From an uncultured Gammaproteobacteria bacterium (GTDB taxonomy: Bacteria > Patescibacteriota > Microgenomatia > Levybacterales > UBA12049), in assembly GCA_964637955.1 (NCBI GenBank), contig CAZWXQ010000002.1:71782-135781 (forward strand): 64,000 nt of DNA. Direction: 5' to 3'. Positions within the stretch are counted from its first letter, which is position 1. Every line of letters begins with the position of its first letter. Positions 45,741-55,397 of the stretch are shown one piece after another. Under the pieces are notes generated by a model. That model made no database searches. It worked only from the letters and a program-made list of their open reading frames with translations, and was not told the origin of the DNA. Position numbers and translations under genes: made by a program.

Positions 45741-46775
45741 ATGGAAACTGTCCAAAACCCACATGAATATTTTCTTGATCTTTTAAAAGAAATAAAAACA
45801 GCAAAAAAAAGAATATATCTTCAAAGTATGCTTTTTGAATCAGGAGGAAGAATTGATGAGCTTGGTAGTGAATTAATAAAAGCAAGCGAAAGAGGTGTTG
45901 ACGTAAGGGTGAATTATGATTGGGTTGCTGATAAATATGTTGGTGGTGCATTGCCAAAACTTCCCGTAATTGAAAAGGGAAAAAGAGAGCTTTTGAATAA
46001 AATTAAGAGAAAAAATAAAAAAATGCATAAAAATTTGGAATATGCAGGAGTAAAGCTTTCAAAGACAAATGATCCTTCATTTCTAATAAGCGCATTTCCT
46101 TATCTTGGTAGAAGTCATATTAAATTTACGGTAATCGATGATAAGATTTGCTGGGTTGGTGGAGTTAATTTAACTAGTGAATCATTTGAGAATGTAGATA
46201 TAATGGTCAAATCAAGTAAGGAAAAAATGATATCTGCGTTAACAAAATTATTTTATGAAATTAATGAAAACAAGAATGAAGAGGACTACAGTATAAAAAT
46301 TGACGATAAAGAAACGTTGTATGTAGACGTAGGAAATAAAAATAAATCCATAATTTATGAGAAGGCAAAAGAAGTTATTAACTCTGCCAAAAAAAATATA
46401 GTGTTTATGTCTCAATTTGTTCCAGACTCAAAGCTTCTTCGTGAAATTGAAAAAATTTCTGAGAAAGGAATAGGCGTAAAAATTATAACTTCTAATGAAG
46501 ACGATCCGCTATTCACAAAGTATCCTGAAAAACTTACATATGTAATGCTTAAAAAAACAATTGAGGATAGAAATAATATTGAGCTAATTCATTTGTCTCG
46601 AAAAGTTCATGCAAAGCTAATACTAGCTGATAATGAAGTAGCTCTTTATGGTTCACATAATTATATTTATTCAGGAGTGTTATTTGGAACAGCCGAGATA
46701 ATGATAGAGAATTCTGAGGAGAGGTTGATTCATCAATTAAATAAATACTTAGAAGATTCTATTTTAAAAAATTAA
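45741..46775 (+). CDS. phospholipase D/cardiolipin-synthase-like protein (two HKD motifs)
   Basis: HIKFTVIDD and HAKLILADNEVALYGSHN (HxK(x)4D twice). Confidence 0.75.
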   Translation: METVQNPHEYFLDLLKEIKTAKKRIYLQSMLFESGGRIDELGSELIKASERGVDVRVNYDWVADKYVGGALPKLPVIEKGKRELLNKIKRKNKKMHKNLEYAGVKLSKTNDPSFLISAFPYLGRSHIKFTVIDDKICWVGGVNLTSESFENVDIMVKSSKEKMISALTKLFYEINENKNEEDYSIKIDDKETLYVDVGNKNKSIIYEKAKEVINSAKKNIVFMSQFVPDSKLLREIEKISEKGIGVKIITSNEDDPLFTKYPEKLTYVMLKKTIEDRNNIELIHLSRKVHAKLILADNEVALYGSHNYIYSGVLFGTAEIMIENSEERLIHQLNKYLEDSILKN

Positions 46776-46817
46776 ATCTTTGTAGGTTTGAGGAATGATC
46801 TTCAAATATACAATCTT

Positions 46818-47423
46818 TTAATTTTTCTTCACAAGAAATTTATAAGTTTGCATTCCTATAATTGCACCGATGATGGGGGATAAAAGTGTTATTAATGATA
46901 ATGATTTAGATGCTAATGCTACTGCAGGATTTAGAAAGCCAGGTGCTCCCATCAAGCCTGCGATAAAAGCACCAAGAGCAAGCGACCCACCGATTACTGC
47001 ACCTGCAGCTCCATCTGATATTTTTCCAAAAACTACTGAAGCAATTCCAAAAGTAAGAATTGCAGTTCCTATTATCTCCCCTGGAATAATGGTTAGTTCT
47101 CCAATAAGATCCGTAGACCCCGTTATTTGAAAACCAATAACTATAGCTGTAATTAGTGCAAGAACAGCCCCAATTGTTTGTCCGACTATATATTTAGAAG
47201 CTACAGTAGGTTCAATTTTTCGAAGACTTAAAAGTCCAAGCGTTACTGCAGGATTTAAGTGGCAACCAGAAATAGCGCCAATAGTATAAACAAATACTCC
47301 AACAGTTAAGCCTGCAATTACAGGGATGGGAACAGGGAAGTTAATAGTGTTTGCGGAGAGAAGAACAGCAAGACAGAGAGTGAATGTTCCGAGTGTTTCA
47401 GCGATTATCTTTTTTACGTCCAC
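46818..47423 (-). CDS. aquaporin/MIP-family channel
   Basis: Two NPA boxes: HLNPAVTLG and GFLNPAVALA. Confidence 0.85.
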   Translation of the reverse strand: MDVKKIIAETLGTFTLCLAVLLSANTINFPVPIPVIAGLTVGVFVYTIGAISGCHLNPAVTLGLLSLRKIEPTVASKYIVGQTIGAVLALITAIVIGFQITGSTDLIGELTIIPGEIIGTAILTFGIASVVFGKISDGAAGAVIGGSLALGAFIAGLMGAPGFLNPAVALASKSLSLITLLSPIIGAIIGMQTYKFLVKKN

Positions 47424-47473
47424 TTATTTAATAATACTACTTTACTATCATTTGGCAATAAGCAATTAAATTT

Positions 47474-48277
47474 CTATGGTGTTGTAGTTGGAGCAGGTGA
47501 GGATTGAGCGCTTGAAGCAGGTGCTGGGTTTGACGCTTTTGCTAGAGTTGGACCTTTCACTACCTGGAATGTAAGTGGTTCGTTTGCTTTACTGGTAACT
47601 TTTACAGTTACATTAACTTCTTTATTCAGCATTGAGTTTTTTATAGTTTCAGAATTTGTTTCGTTGAAAACTAAATAATATACATATCCAGTTTCTGAAT
47701 CAGTTAATGTAAAAACACTTCCTCCAAGAGCTGGGTCATCTTCTACAAAAGCAATTGTACCCGTAAGATTTACAACTTCATTTTGAGTGTAAAGTTCTTT
47801 GTCAATTTTTTGCATAGTAGCTATTCCGGCAATCTTCAAATTTCTAGCTCTTGTTTTAAGATTGTTTATTGCTAAAACTACGTCTTTTGGGAGTGTAGGA
47901 TTTTTAGTTACCAAGACTTTTGGATTTCCATTTACATAAACAAGAATTGTATCTAGATCTTTTTGACTAGTGCTAGTAAGAAGCGGTCTGAGAGTTTCGG
48001 CGTAAGCTTTGATGAGAGCAAGTCTTACTTGTGGATTTTGGACGTCTTTAATAGCATCTGCAGTTGATCTCATGCCTTCCATTGCAGTCATTGCAGTTTC
48101 TTTTTTCGCCTCATCGGATTCTTTTTTGACATCCATAACTTGTTGTTTTGTTTCATTTAGTGCACGAGTAAGTTGATCAATTTTTGATTGAGAGAAGAAG
48201 AAATAAAAAACCAAAGCTCCTATCGCAAGAACTGCGACGATTGCTAATATAATTGAGAGTAAGCCTGATTTACCCAT
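47474..48277 (-). CDS. hypothetical membrane-anchored protein with a coiled-coil region and a Pro/Ser-rich C-terminus. The ATG at 48277 is preferred; the track uses the GTG at 48301.
   Basis: Anchor MGKSGLLSIILAIVAVLAIGALVFYFF, then a charged helical region. C-terminus ...ASNPAPASSAQSSPAPTTTP. Confidence 0.45.
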   Translation of the reverse strand: MGKSGLLSIILAIVAVLAIGALVFYFFFSQSKIDQLTRALNETKQQVMDVKKESDEAKKETAMTAMEGMRSTADAIKDVQNPQVRLALIKAYAETLRPLLTSTSQKDLDTILVYVNGNPKVLVTKNPTLPKDVVLAINNLKTRARNLKIAGIATMQKIDKELYTQNEVVNLTGTIAFVEDDPALGGSVFTLTDSETGYVYYLVFNETNSETIKNSMLNKEVNVTVKVTSKANEPLTFQVVKGPTLAKASNPAPASSAQSSPAPTTTP

Positions 48278-48446
48278 ATTAATTTGGGCATAGCGTAGCA
48301 CTTAGGAATAGAGTTGTCAACAATTTAGAATACCAAACCAATTAACTAATCTAAATTACTGATATTAATTTGGTATATAATTAATTTAGCAAAACTTTTT
48401 TAATTGATGTTAGTGAAAAACTATTTCGTGAATTTAAATTTATAAA

Positions 48447-50075
48447 GTGAAGATTTTAAAGACTGAAATTATTGCTTTATTTATCCTCTCAATATTTATT
48501 TTAATAAGTTCTTTTGCGCTTTTAAAATCGGGTTTTTTCAGAACCATCGATGATACTACTACAGTTAGAATAATGTATCTTGAAAAAGAAATCGTAAGAG
48601 GTGATATTCAAAATATTCCCGTCAGGTGGTCTGCAGAATTATCCAATAATTATGGCTACCCGATTTATATGTTCTATGCGCCTCTTTCATATTACGGCGG
48701 TGCAATATTAATGCTTCTGGGTTTCCATCAAATAATAGCTACTAAATATGTTTATATTTTCCCGTTAATAGTAGGACCATTTTTATTTTATCTTGCTGCA
48801 AGACAAAAAGCATCTTGGATTCCAGCGCTTTCTGGAAGTATTTTATTTACACTTTTTCCATTCAGAGGTTTTGACACTTATATAAAAGGTGGAGCTGGAG
48901 AGGCATGGGCAATAGGTTTTATTCCCGGGGTATTTTTGGGAATATTTCTTTTGGAGAAAAATAAGAGGATAGGTATTCCAATTGTTGCATTATTTATATT
49001 TTTGACGATTATTTCGCACCAGCTTGTAGGATATTTATTATTAATTTTAGTAGTAATATATGGATTAATTTTTATAAGAAAAAATAAAGATTTTTGGTTA
49101 TCTTTTTTCCTTGGATTGGGTCTTAGTGCATTTTATTTGATTCCTCTAGTTAAATACTTGCCGCTAATAAAGGTAAGAGATTTGTCAGAAAATAGAACGG
49201 GAATTCTTAGTTCACTAGTCAGTATAAAATCCATTTTACTTACGCATATAGATTTAGATCCTGTCAGAAGATTTTCTAGCAATATTTTGTTTTTCATTTT
49301 TTCAGGTGCGTTTATTTTCAGTATTTTTATTTTTCTTAAGCAAAAAACTGCAAGCAATAAGCAGATTTTATTTTTTGGAGTAATTTCATTTATCTCATTG
49401 TTCTTAATCTCGGATTTATCATATTTTGCTTGGAAAATTGTTTTACCAGTTACAGGTTTTCTTCAATTTTCATGGCGACTTTTTGCGATCTTAGCATTTA
49501 CGCTATCAATCTTTTTAGTGTTAGTTTTAGATTCACTTAAAAACAAAAAGCAAAAGTACATATTTAGCATTGGTATAATTTTTATCTCGATTTTATTTAT
49601 TCCATTTTTTAAACCTGTAGAATATACGACCTTTTATGAATACAGAGTAGAAGGTGAATGTGCTACTACAACTTGGCAGAATGAATATTTGCCAAAATGG
49701 GTAAAGGATTGTCCGAACCTTGATGAAGAGATTAGGTTAACTGATAAAAATGGAAAATTAACAAAAATCAGTTCAAATTTGTTAACCGTGAGCGCAATTT
49801 CTGAAGTTAATAAAAAAAGCGAACTTATTATTAATAAATATTATTTTCCAGGATGGAATGTAGAAGTAAATGGCGATAATTCTCAAATAAATTATACTTT
49901 TTCAAATTCTGGAATAATGAAGGTAAATCTTCCAGAGGGGAAGAGTGATATTAGAATTTATTTTTCTAAAACAAATACTATGCTAATTTCTGATTTAATC
50001 TCAATAATTTCAATTATATTTCTTATTTTTATAACATGTAAAATTATTTTTTTAGAGCATAAAAAGAATAAGTAA
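48447..50075 (+). CDS. large polytopic membrane protein (GTG start), possibly a GT-C-type glycosyltransferase or YfhO-like protein
   Basis: About 12 hydrophobic segments with an extracytoplasmic C-terminal domain. The family call is tentative. Confidence 0.5.
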   Translation: MKILKTEIIALFILSIFILISSFALLKSGFFRTIDDTTTVRIMYLEKEIVRGDIQNIPVRWSAELSNNYGYPIYMFYAPLSYYGGAILMLLGFHQIIATKYVYIFPLIVGPFLFYLAARQKASWIPALSGSILFTLFPFRGFDTYIKGGAGEAWAIGFIPGVFLGIFLLEKNKRIGIPIVALFIFLTIISHQLVGYLLLILVVIYGLIFIRKNKDFWLSFFLGLGLSAFYLIPLVKYLPLIKVRDLSENRTGILSSLVSIKSILLTHIDLDPVRRFSSNILFFIFSGAFIFSIFIFLKQKTASNKQILFFGVISFISLFLISDLSYFAWKIVLPVTGFLQFSWRLFAILAFTLSIFLVLVLDSLKNKKQKYIFSIGIIFISILFIPFFKPVEYTTFYEYRVEGECATTTWQNEYLPKWVKDCPNLDEEIRLTDKNGKLTKISSNLLTVSAISEVNKKSELIINKYYFPGWNVEVNGDNSQINYTFSNSGIMKVNLPEGKSDIRIYFSKTNTMLISDLISIISIIFLIFITCKIIFLEHKKNK

Positions 50076-50138
50076 ATACTAATTATAACTTTATTTTTAT
50101 AGTCAAAATAGTGATACTATAATATTAGGTATTATTTC

Positions 50139-51017
50139 ATGAAAAAACTGCCAATTATTATTCTGGTGCTTATTGTAATTGGAATTATATTCTGGTTTTC
50201 TTTTCTAATCTCACAATCAAATATTCAGGTTTTTAATCCAAAAGGTGATATAGCTTCACAGCAAAGAGATCTTATTTATATTGCTATGGGAGTTATGCTT
50301 TCGATAGCTATTCCTGTTGTTTTAACTGCATTTTTTATAATGTGGAGGTATCGAGATGGAGGCAAAGGAAAACATGAACCTGAAAAAACAGGGGGAAGAT
50401 TAACTTTATTTATTTTTTGGCTCTTTTTCCTGGAGCTAGTTTTATTTTTCTTTTATCTTGTAATAAGAGGATCATATTCTCTGGATCCACATAAAGAAAT
50501 CATTGCTGATGTTCCTCCAAAGACAATTCAAGTGGTGGCTTTAGATTGGAAATGGCTATTTATTTATCCCGAGGAAAATATAGCAGTTGTAAATTTTCTC
50601 CAAGTTCCAGCAAAAACTCCTATCAGTTTTAAATTAACTGCAGATGGACCTATGAATTCTTTTTGGATTCCTCAGCTTGGAGGTCAAATTTATTCTATGG
50701 CTTCGATGGAAACTAGTATTCATTTGATGGCAGATGAAATTGGTGATTTTCAAGGAGGAGCAGCGGAGATAAATGGGCGAGGATTTGCAGGTATGAGATT
50801 TATTACACGTTCTAGTACCGAGGATGATTTTGAGGATTGGGTAAAGTGGGTTAAGCTTTCAGGAGAGCCACTTACAAAAAGTAAATATGAAGAGTTAGCT
50901 AAGCCATCCGAAGATAGTCCAATAATTTACTATTCAGAAGTTGAGGAAGGACTATATAATAATATTATGATGAAGTATATGGCTCCTGGTGAGTCTCATG
51001 GGGGGGGAGATGAATGA
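50139..51017 (+). CDS. cyoA: cytochrome o (bo3-type) ubiquinol oxidase subunit II
   Basis: WKWLFIYPEENIAVVNFLQVPAKTPISFKLTADGPMNSFWIPQLGGQIYSMASMET is the quinol-oxidase subunit II signature. It lacks CuA ligands. Confidence 0.85.
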   Translation: MKKLPIIILVLIVIGIIFWFSFLISQSNIQVFNPKGDIASQQRDLIYIAMGVMLSIAIPVVLTAFFIMWRYRDGGKGKHEPEKTGGRLTLFIFWLFFLELVLFFFYLVIRGSYSLDPHKEIIADVPPKTIQVVALDWKWLFIYPEENIAVVNFLQVPAKTPISFKLTADGPMNSFWIPQLGGQIYSMASMETSIHLMADEIGDFQGGAAEINGRGFAGMRFITRSSTEDDFEDWVKWVKLSGEPLTKSKYEELAKPSEDSPIIYYSEVEEGLYNNIMMKYMAPGESHGGGDE

Positions 51018-52984
51018 GCAATAATTTATATTATTTAATTTTTGGAAAATTAACTATTGAAGCTTTGCCGCATCAATGGTTTACAATCGCAGGAACAGTA
51101 TTTATTTCACTTTCAGGTATTTTTGTAATTGTATTAATCACGTATTTTAAAAAGTGGAAATTTTTATGGAGTTATTTAACCTCAACTGATCCTAAGAAGA
51201 TTGGAGTAATGTACATAGTTTTTGCCACTCTTATGTTGATTCGAGGTGGACTTGATGCTGTTATGATTTGGCTCCAGCAAGCTATGGCATTGGGGCCAAA
51301 TCAGGGATATCTGGATGGTCAACATTTTCAGGAAATTTTTACAGCACATGGAGACATAATGGTTTTCTTTGTGGCCATGGGATTCCTTATTGGATTAATT
51401 AATATAATTGTTCCGCTCCAAATTGGAGCACGAGATTTGGCTTCACCATTTTTAAATACTCTTGGTTTTTGGCTTTATGTTGCAGGGGGAGTTCTTATAA
51501 ATGTATTTTTTGTTTTTGGTGGTACGTTTGCTTCAGCAGGTTGGCTGTCAGTAGCTCCACTATCAGAATTGCAATATAGTCCAGGAATTGGAATTGATTA
51601 TTGGATGTGGGCTATTCAAATTTCAGGATTGGGAACACTTTTGGGTGGAATAAATTTCGTGATGACAATTCTTAAAATGCGTGCTCCGGGAATGACCTTA
51701 ATGCGAATGCCACTTTTTACATGGACGTCTCTTTGCAGCATGGTTTTGGTAATTTGCATTTTTCCAATTCTTACAGCAACTTTGGCGCTTTTAAATCTTG
51801 ATCGACTTCTAGGAATGCACTTCTTTACAAATAGTAATGGGGGAGATCCAATGCTTTACACTAATCTTATTTGGATGTGGGGGCATCCCGAAGTTTATGT
51901 TTTAGTTTTGCCTTTGTTTGGAGTTTTTTCAGAGATTGTCTCAACATTTTCTCAGAAAAGAGTATTTAGTTATAAAACTCTTGTAACTTCTGCGATTATA
52001 ATTACAGCTTTCTCAATGCTCGTATGGTTGCATCATTTCTTCACTATGGGAGCGGGAGCAAGTGTTAATGCTTTCTTTGGAATGATGACTGTAATAATAG
52101 CTCTTCCTACAAGTATTCAGGTTTTCTGCTGGATAGCCACTATGCATAAAGGGAAAATTCAATTTAAAACTCCAATGCTCTGGTTTATGGGTTTTCTTTT
52201 AACGTTTACATTCGGTGGGCTGACAGGGGTATTAATGGCTATTCCTCCTGCGGATTTTCAAATACATAATAGTTTATTTTTAGTTGCACATTTTCATACG
52301 ATGGCAGTGGGAGGAGCACTTTTTGGAATATTTGCAGCAATTACTTACTGGTTTCCTAAGATTGCAGGTTTTAGGCTCGATGAAAGACTGGGAAGATACG
52401 CATTTTTTGCCTGGATTATAGGATTTTTTGTAGCTTTTACGCCTCTTTATATCTTAGGTCTTATGGGAGCGACAAGAAGACTAAATCATTATGTGGATGC
52501 AAGTTGGCAACCACTCTTTATAACTGCTCTTATTGGCTCTCTTATTATCGGGTTAGGGTTTTGTCTTCAAGTTTTGCAAATAGGTGTAAGTATTAAAAAT
52601 AGGAAGAAATTAGCAGTTGATGGTGATCCTTGGAATGGGCGAACTCTTGAATGGGCAACAAAATCTCCAACTCCTTTTTATAACTTTGCAGTGCTTCCGG
52701 AAGTTAAATCAATTGATGCTTTTTGGGAAATGAAGAAGAGTGGGGAATTCGGAGAGAAATTAAAATATGAAGCAATTCATGTTCCTAAAAATACAGCCAC
52801 TGGGATGTTTGCAGCTGCATTTTGTTTCCTAATTGGATTTTCTATGGTTTGGCATATTTTCTGGTTGGCAGGCTTAAGTCTAGTTGGTGCAATTGCTGTA
52901 GTAATCTATCGTTCACTTGATGAGCATACGGAATATGAAATTTCCGCAAATGAACTTGAGAGATTAGATTTGGGAAAAATATGA
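51014..52984 (+). CDS. cyoB: cytochrome o ubiquinol oxidase subunit I
   Basis: Heme-copper oxidase subunit I motifs WFMGFLLTFTFGGLTGVLMA and HFHTMAVGG. Its start overlaps the cyoA stop (ATGA). Confidence 0.9.
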   Translation: MSNNLYYLIFGKLTIEALPHQWFTIAGTVFISLSGIFVIVLITYFKKWKFLWSYLTSTDPKKIGVMYIVFATLMLIRGGLDAVMIWLQQAMALGPNQGYLDGQHFQEIFTAHGDIMVFFVAMGFLIGLINIIVPLQIGARDLASPFLNTLGFWLYVAGGVLINVFFVFGGTFASAGWLSVAPLSELQYSPGIGIDYWMWAIQISGLGTLLGGINFVMTILKMRAPGMTLMRMPLFTWTSLCSMVLVICIFPILTATLALLNLDRLLGMHFFTNSNGGDPMLYTNLIWMWGHPEVYVLVLPLFGVFSEIVSTFSQKRVFSYKTLVTSAIIITAFSMLVWLHHFFTMGAGASVNAFFGMMTVIIALPTSIQVFCWIATMHKGKIQFKTPMLWFMGFLLTFTFGGLTGVLMAIPPADFQIHNSLFLVAHFHTMAVGGALFGIFAAITYWFPKIAGFRLDERLGRYAFFAWIIGFFVAFTPLYILGLMGATRRLNHYVDASWQPLFITALIGSLIIGLGFCLQVLQIGVSIKNRKKLAVDGDPWNGRTLEWATKSPTPFYNFAVLPEVKSIDAFWEMKKSGEFGEKLKYEAIHVPKNTATGMFAAAFCFLIGFSMVWHIFWLAGLSLVGAIAVVIYRSLDEHTEYEISANELERLDLGKI

Positions 52985-53565
52985 CAGAAGAAAAAGAATT
53001 TCAAGAAAAACAAGAGATAGCAGTTTTTGGGTTCTGGGTTTATCTGATGACAGATTTACTTATGTTTGCTGTGTTATTTGCTTGTTTTGCAGTGCTTAGA
53101 GGAAACACTTTCGGTGGACCACCAGAGAGTGAATTAATAAGTCTTCCTTTCGTGTTGGTAGAAACACTCCTTCTTTTAACCAGTAGTTTTACAGTGGGGC
53201 TAGCTGTAATTTCTGCAAGAAATAAAAATCTTAAAGCCACAATTATTTCTCTCGTAATAACTTTTATTTTGGGAGCATCATTTTTAGGAATGGAAATTTA
53301 TGAATTTAGTAATTTAATTTCTGAAGGACTTTCATGGAGAGCAAGCGCATCGCTTTCATCATTTTTTGCATTAGTAGGACTTCATGGACTTCATATTTTT
53401 GCTGGGCTTATCTGGCTTTTTATTATTATTCTTTATATTTTGAAAAGGGGACTTATTCCGCTTTCCATCAGAAAACTTGCGCTTTTTAGTCTTTTTTGGC
53501 ATTTCTTAGATATTGTTTGGATTTTTATCTTTACTTTTGTTTATCTGATAGGAGTCATACTATGA
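52981..53565 (+). CDS. cyoC: cytochrome o ubiquinol oxidase subunit III
   Basis: Five-helix subunit III pattern. Its start overlaps the cyoB stop (ATGA). Confidence 0.8.
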   Translation: MTEEKEFQEKQEIAVFGFWVYLMTDLLMFAVLFACFAVLRGNTFGGPPESELISLPFVLVETLLLLTSSFTVGLAVISARNKNLKATIISLVITFILGASFLGMEIYEFSNLISEGLSWRASASLSSFFALVGLHGLHIFAGLIWLFIIILYILKRGLIPLSIRKLALFSLFWHFLDIVWIFIFTFVYLIGVIL

Positions 53566-53966
53566 TAGAAAATAAGCATGTGCCTACAATAAAATCTTAT
53601 ATTATTGGTTTTGGATTATCACTTATTTTAACATTCATAGCATTTGGTGCGACATATTTTCATATTAACTCAGGACATTATTTTATTGATCACAATATTA
53701 TCATTCCATTAGTTCTTGTTTTGGCGATGATGCAGCTTGTGGTTCAGCTCGTTTTTTTCCTTCATATTCTTCAAGAGGATAAGCCTCGTTGGAATCTTAT
53801 GTTTTTTATTGGAACTTTTGGATTGGTTCTAATGGTTGTTATAGCATCTCTTTGGATAATGACTCACTTAAATTACAATATGACTCCGCAAGCTTCTACA
53901 GATTATATACTTCATGATGAAGGCATAAATCATCACCATGGAGAGGATGATCATGGAGAAGATTAG
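53562..53966 (+). CDS. cyoD: cytochrome o ubiquinol oxidase subunit IV. The ATG at 53562 overlaps the cyoC stop; the track ORF from 53496 is rejected.
   Basis: MIENKHVPTIKSYIIGFGLSLILTFIAF... with three TM helices. GGAG lies 7 nt upstream. C-terminal His/Asp-rich tail. Confidence 0.65.
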   Translation: MIENKHVPTIKSYIIGFGLSLILTFIAFGATYFHINSGHYFIDHNIIIPLVLVLAMMQLVVQLVFFLHILQEDKPRWNLMFFIGTFGLVLMVVIASLWIMTHLNYNMTPQASTDYILHDEGINHHHGEDDHGED

Positions 53967-54813
53967 AAATTATTACCGCCTCACAAAGCCTGGAATTATC
54001 TACGGAAATATGCTTTCGACCATCGCTGGATTTCTTCTCGCAGCAGGATTAAATATTGACGTACTTTTATTCTTCTCAACTATTCTTGGAACAGCTTTAG
54101 TTATTGCTTCATCCTGTGTCATAAATAACTATACAGACCGAGAAATTGATAAGAAAATGAAAAGGACTAAGAATCGTGCGCTTGCTCAAGGCTTGATTCC
54201 TCGTAATAACGTATTTGTTTTCGCCGCGATATTAGGAGTTCTCGGATTTGGAATACTAATTCTTTTTACCAATTCCTTGGTAGTATTTTCAGGAATAATT
54301 GCTATGATTTCTTATACAGTTTTTTATGGTATCGCGAAAAGAAAAAGTCCTGTCGGAACTTTAGTTGGAACAGTCCCAGGTGCAATGCCACTAGTCGCAG
54401 GATATCTAGCAGTTACGAATTCAATTAATCTTGGAGCAATTCTTTTATTCTTTATAATGGTTTTCTGGCAACTTCCACATTTTTATGCTATTGGAATTTT
54501 TAGGCTGAATGATTATAGAGAGGCAGGTCTTCCAATTTTGCCAGTCAAGAGGGGAGTAAGAATCACGAAAATCCATATGTTAATTTGCATGGTTTTATTT
54601 GTTATTTGCTGCTTTTTATTAACGCATTTTGGATATACGGGAAATATATTTGCTTGGGTGATGCTACTTCTGGGACTGAGATGGATTTATATGGGTATTA
54701 AAGGTTTGAAAATCACTGACGATATAAAGTGGGCGAGAAAGGTTTTCTTTTTCTCAATAGTAATTCTAATGAGCATGAGCGCTCTTATGGCATTTAATGT
54801 TGTATTGCCATAA
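53938..54813 (+). CDS. cyoE: protoheme IX farnesyltransferase (heme O synthase). Possible alternative starts at 53947 and 53953.
   Basis: YYRLTKPGIIYGNMLSTIAGFLLAA and the UbiA-family Asp-rich motif NNYTDREIDKKMKRTKNR. Confidence 0.85.
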   Translation: MERMIMEKIRNYYRLTKPGIIYGNMLSTIAGFLLAAGLNIDVLLFFSTILGTALVIASSCVINNYTDREIDKKMKRTKNRALAQGLIPRNNVFVFAAILGVLGFGILILFTNSLVVFSGIIAMISYTVFYGIAKRKSPVGTLVGTVPGAMPLVAGYLAVTNSINLGAILLFFIMVFWQLPHFYAIGIFRLNDYREAGLPILPVKRGVRITKIHMLICMVLFVICCFLLTHFGYTGNIFAWVMLLLGLRWIYMGIKGLKITDDIKWARKVFFFSIVILMSMSALMAFNVVLP

Positions 54814-54819
54814 GTTTTC

Positions 54820-55098
54820 ATGTATATTTATTTTATGAGCGCACTTTTGATCAGTCATATAATTATTGCTTTAACAGGAATTGGAATAACGACTATATTA
54901 CTCCTCAAACCAAGCGAAAAAAAGCTAAATACTTCATTTTTATTCCTCGTGGGAACTTTGACGACTGGAACTATTCTGGTTCTTTCAACGCCAGGACACA
55001 TGCTTCAAAGTTGTGTTATGGGTATAATCTACACAGCGTTCGTAGTAGGTGGTATCTCTATCGCCAAAAGACGCCTCGCAAAAAAACACGCCTCGTAA
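54820..55098 (+). CDS. small hydrophobic membrane protein (92 aa) at the end of the cyo operon
   Basis: Three TM helices with no known domain. Confidence 0.4.
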   Translation: MYIYFMSALLISHIIIALTGIGITTILLLKPSEKKLNTSFLFLVGTLTTGTILVLSTPGHMLQSCVMGIIYTAFVVGGISIAKRRLAKKHAS

Positions 55099-55397
55099 CT
55101 TTTAAGATATTATTTAAAATTGCCTGAAATAATTAAATATTTAGAAAAATTAAATTGTACTAGGTGATGTAATTGGGCCGGGAGGAGGTTGAGATCCAGT
55201 ATATATTGGCAAATTACTTGAAGGTGGTTGTTACATCTCTGGATCAAAGATTATTATTAGTTTTTAAAATGCTGAGTGCTGAAGATTTGGCACAATTTAA
55301 TTACCACTTAGGTTGGAATCGTCAGTTGGGCCTTTTTCTGACGCTATTTTATCAGTAATAGGGCTTTTAAGACTGCTAAGCTTATCAGGGTTTTGAG

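Noticed and set aside
53496-53561. Longer cyoD ORF (track start 53496) inside cyoC
   Set aside because: The ATG at 53562 overlaps the cyoC stop codon (ATGA coupling, as at the other cyo junctions) and has a GGAG upstream. The extension encodes implausible sequence (MAFLRYCLDFYLYFCLSDRSHT).
55173-55358. 61-aa ORF in the post-cyo non-coding gap
   Set aside because: No RBS, no domain, and composition unlike the neighbouring genes. It is treated as a non-coding region.
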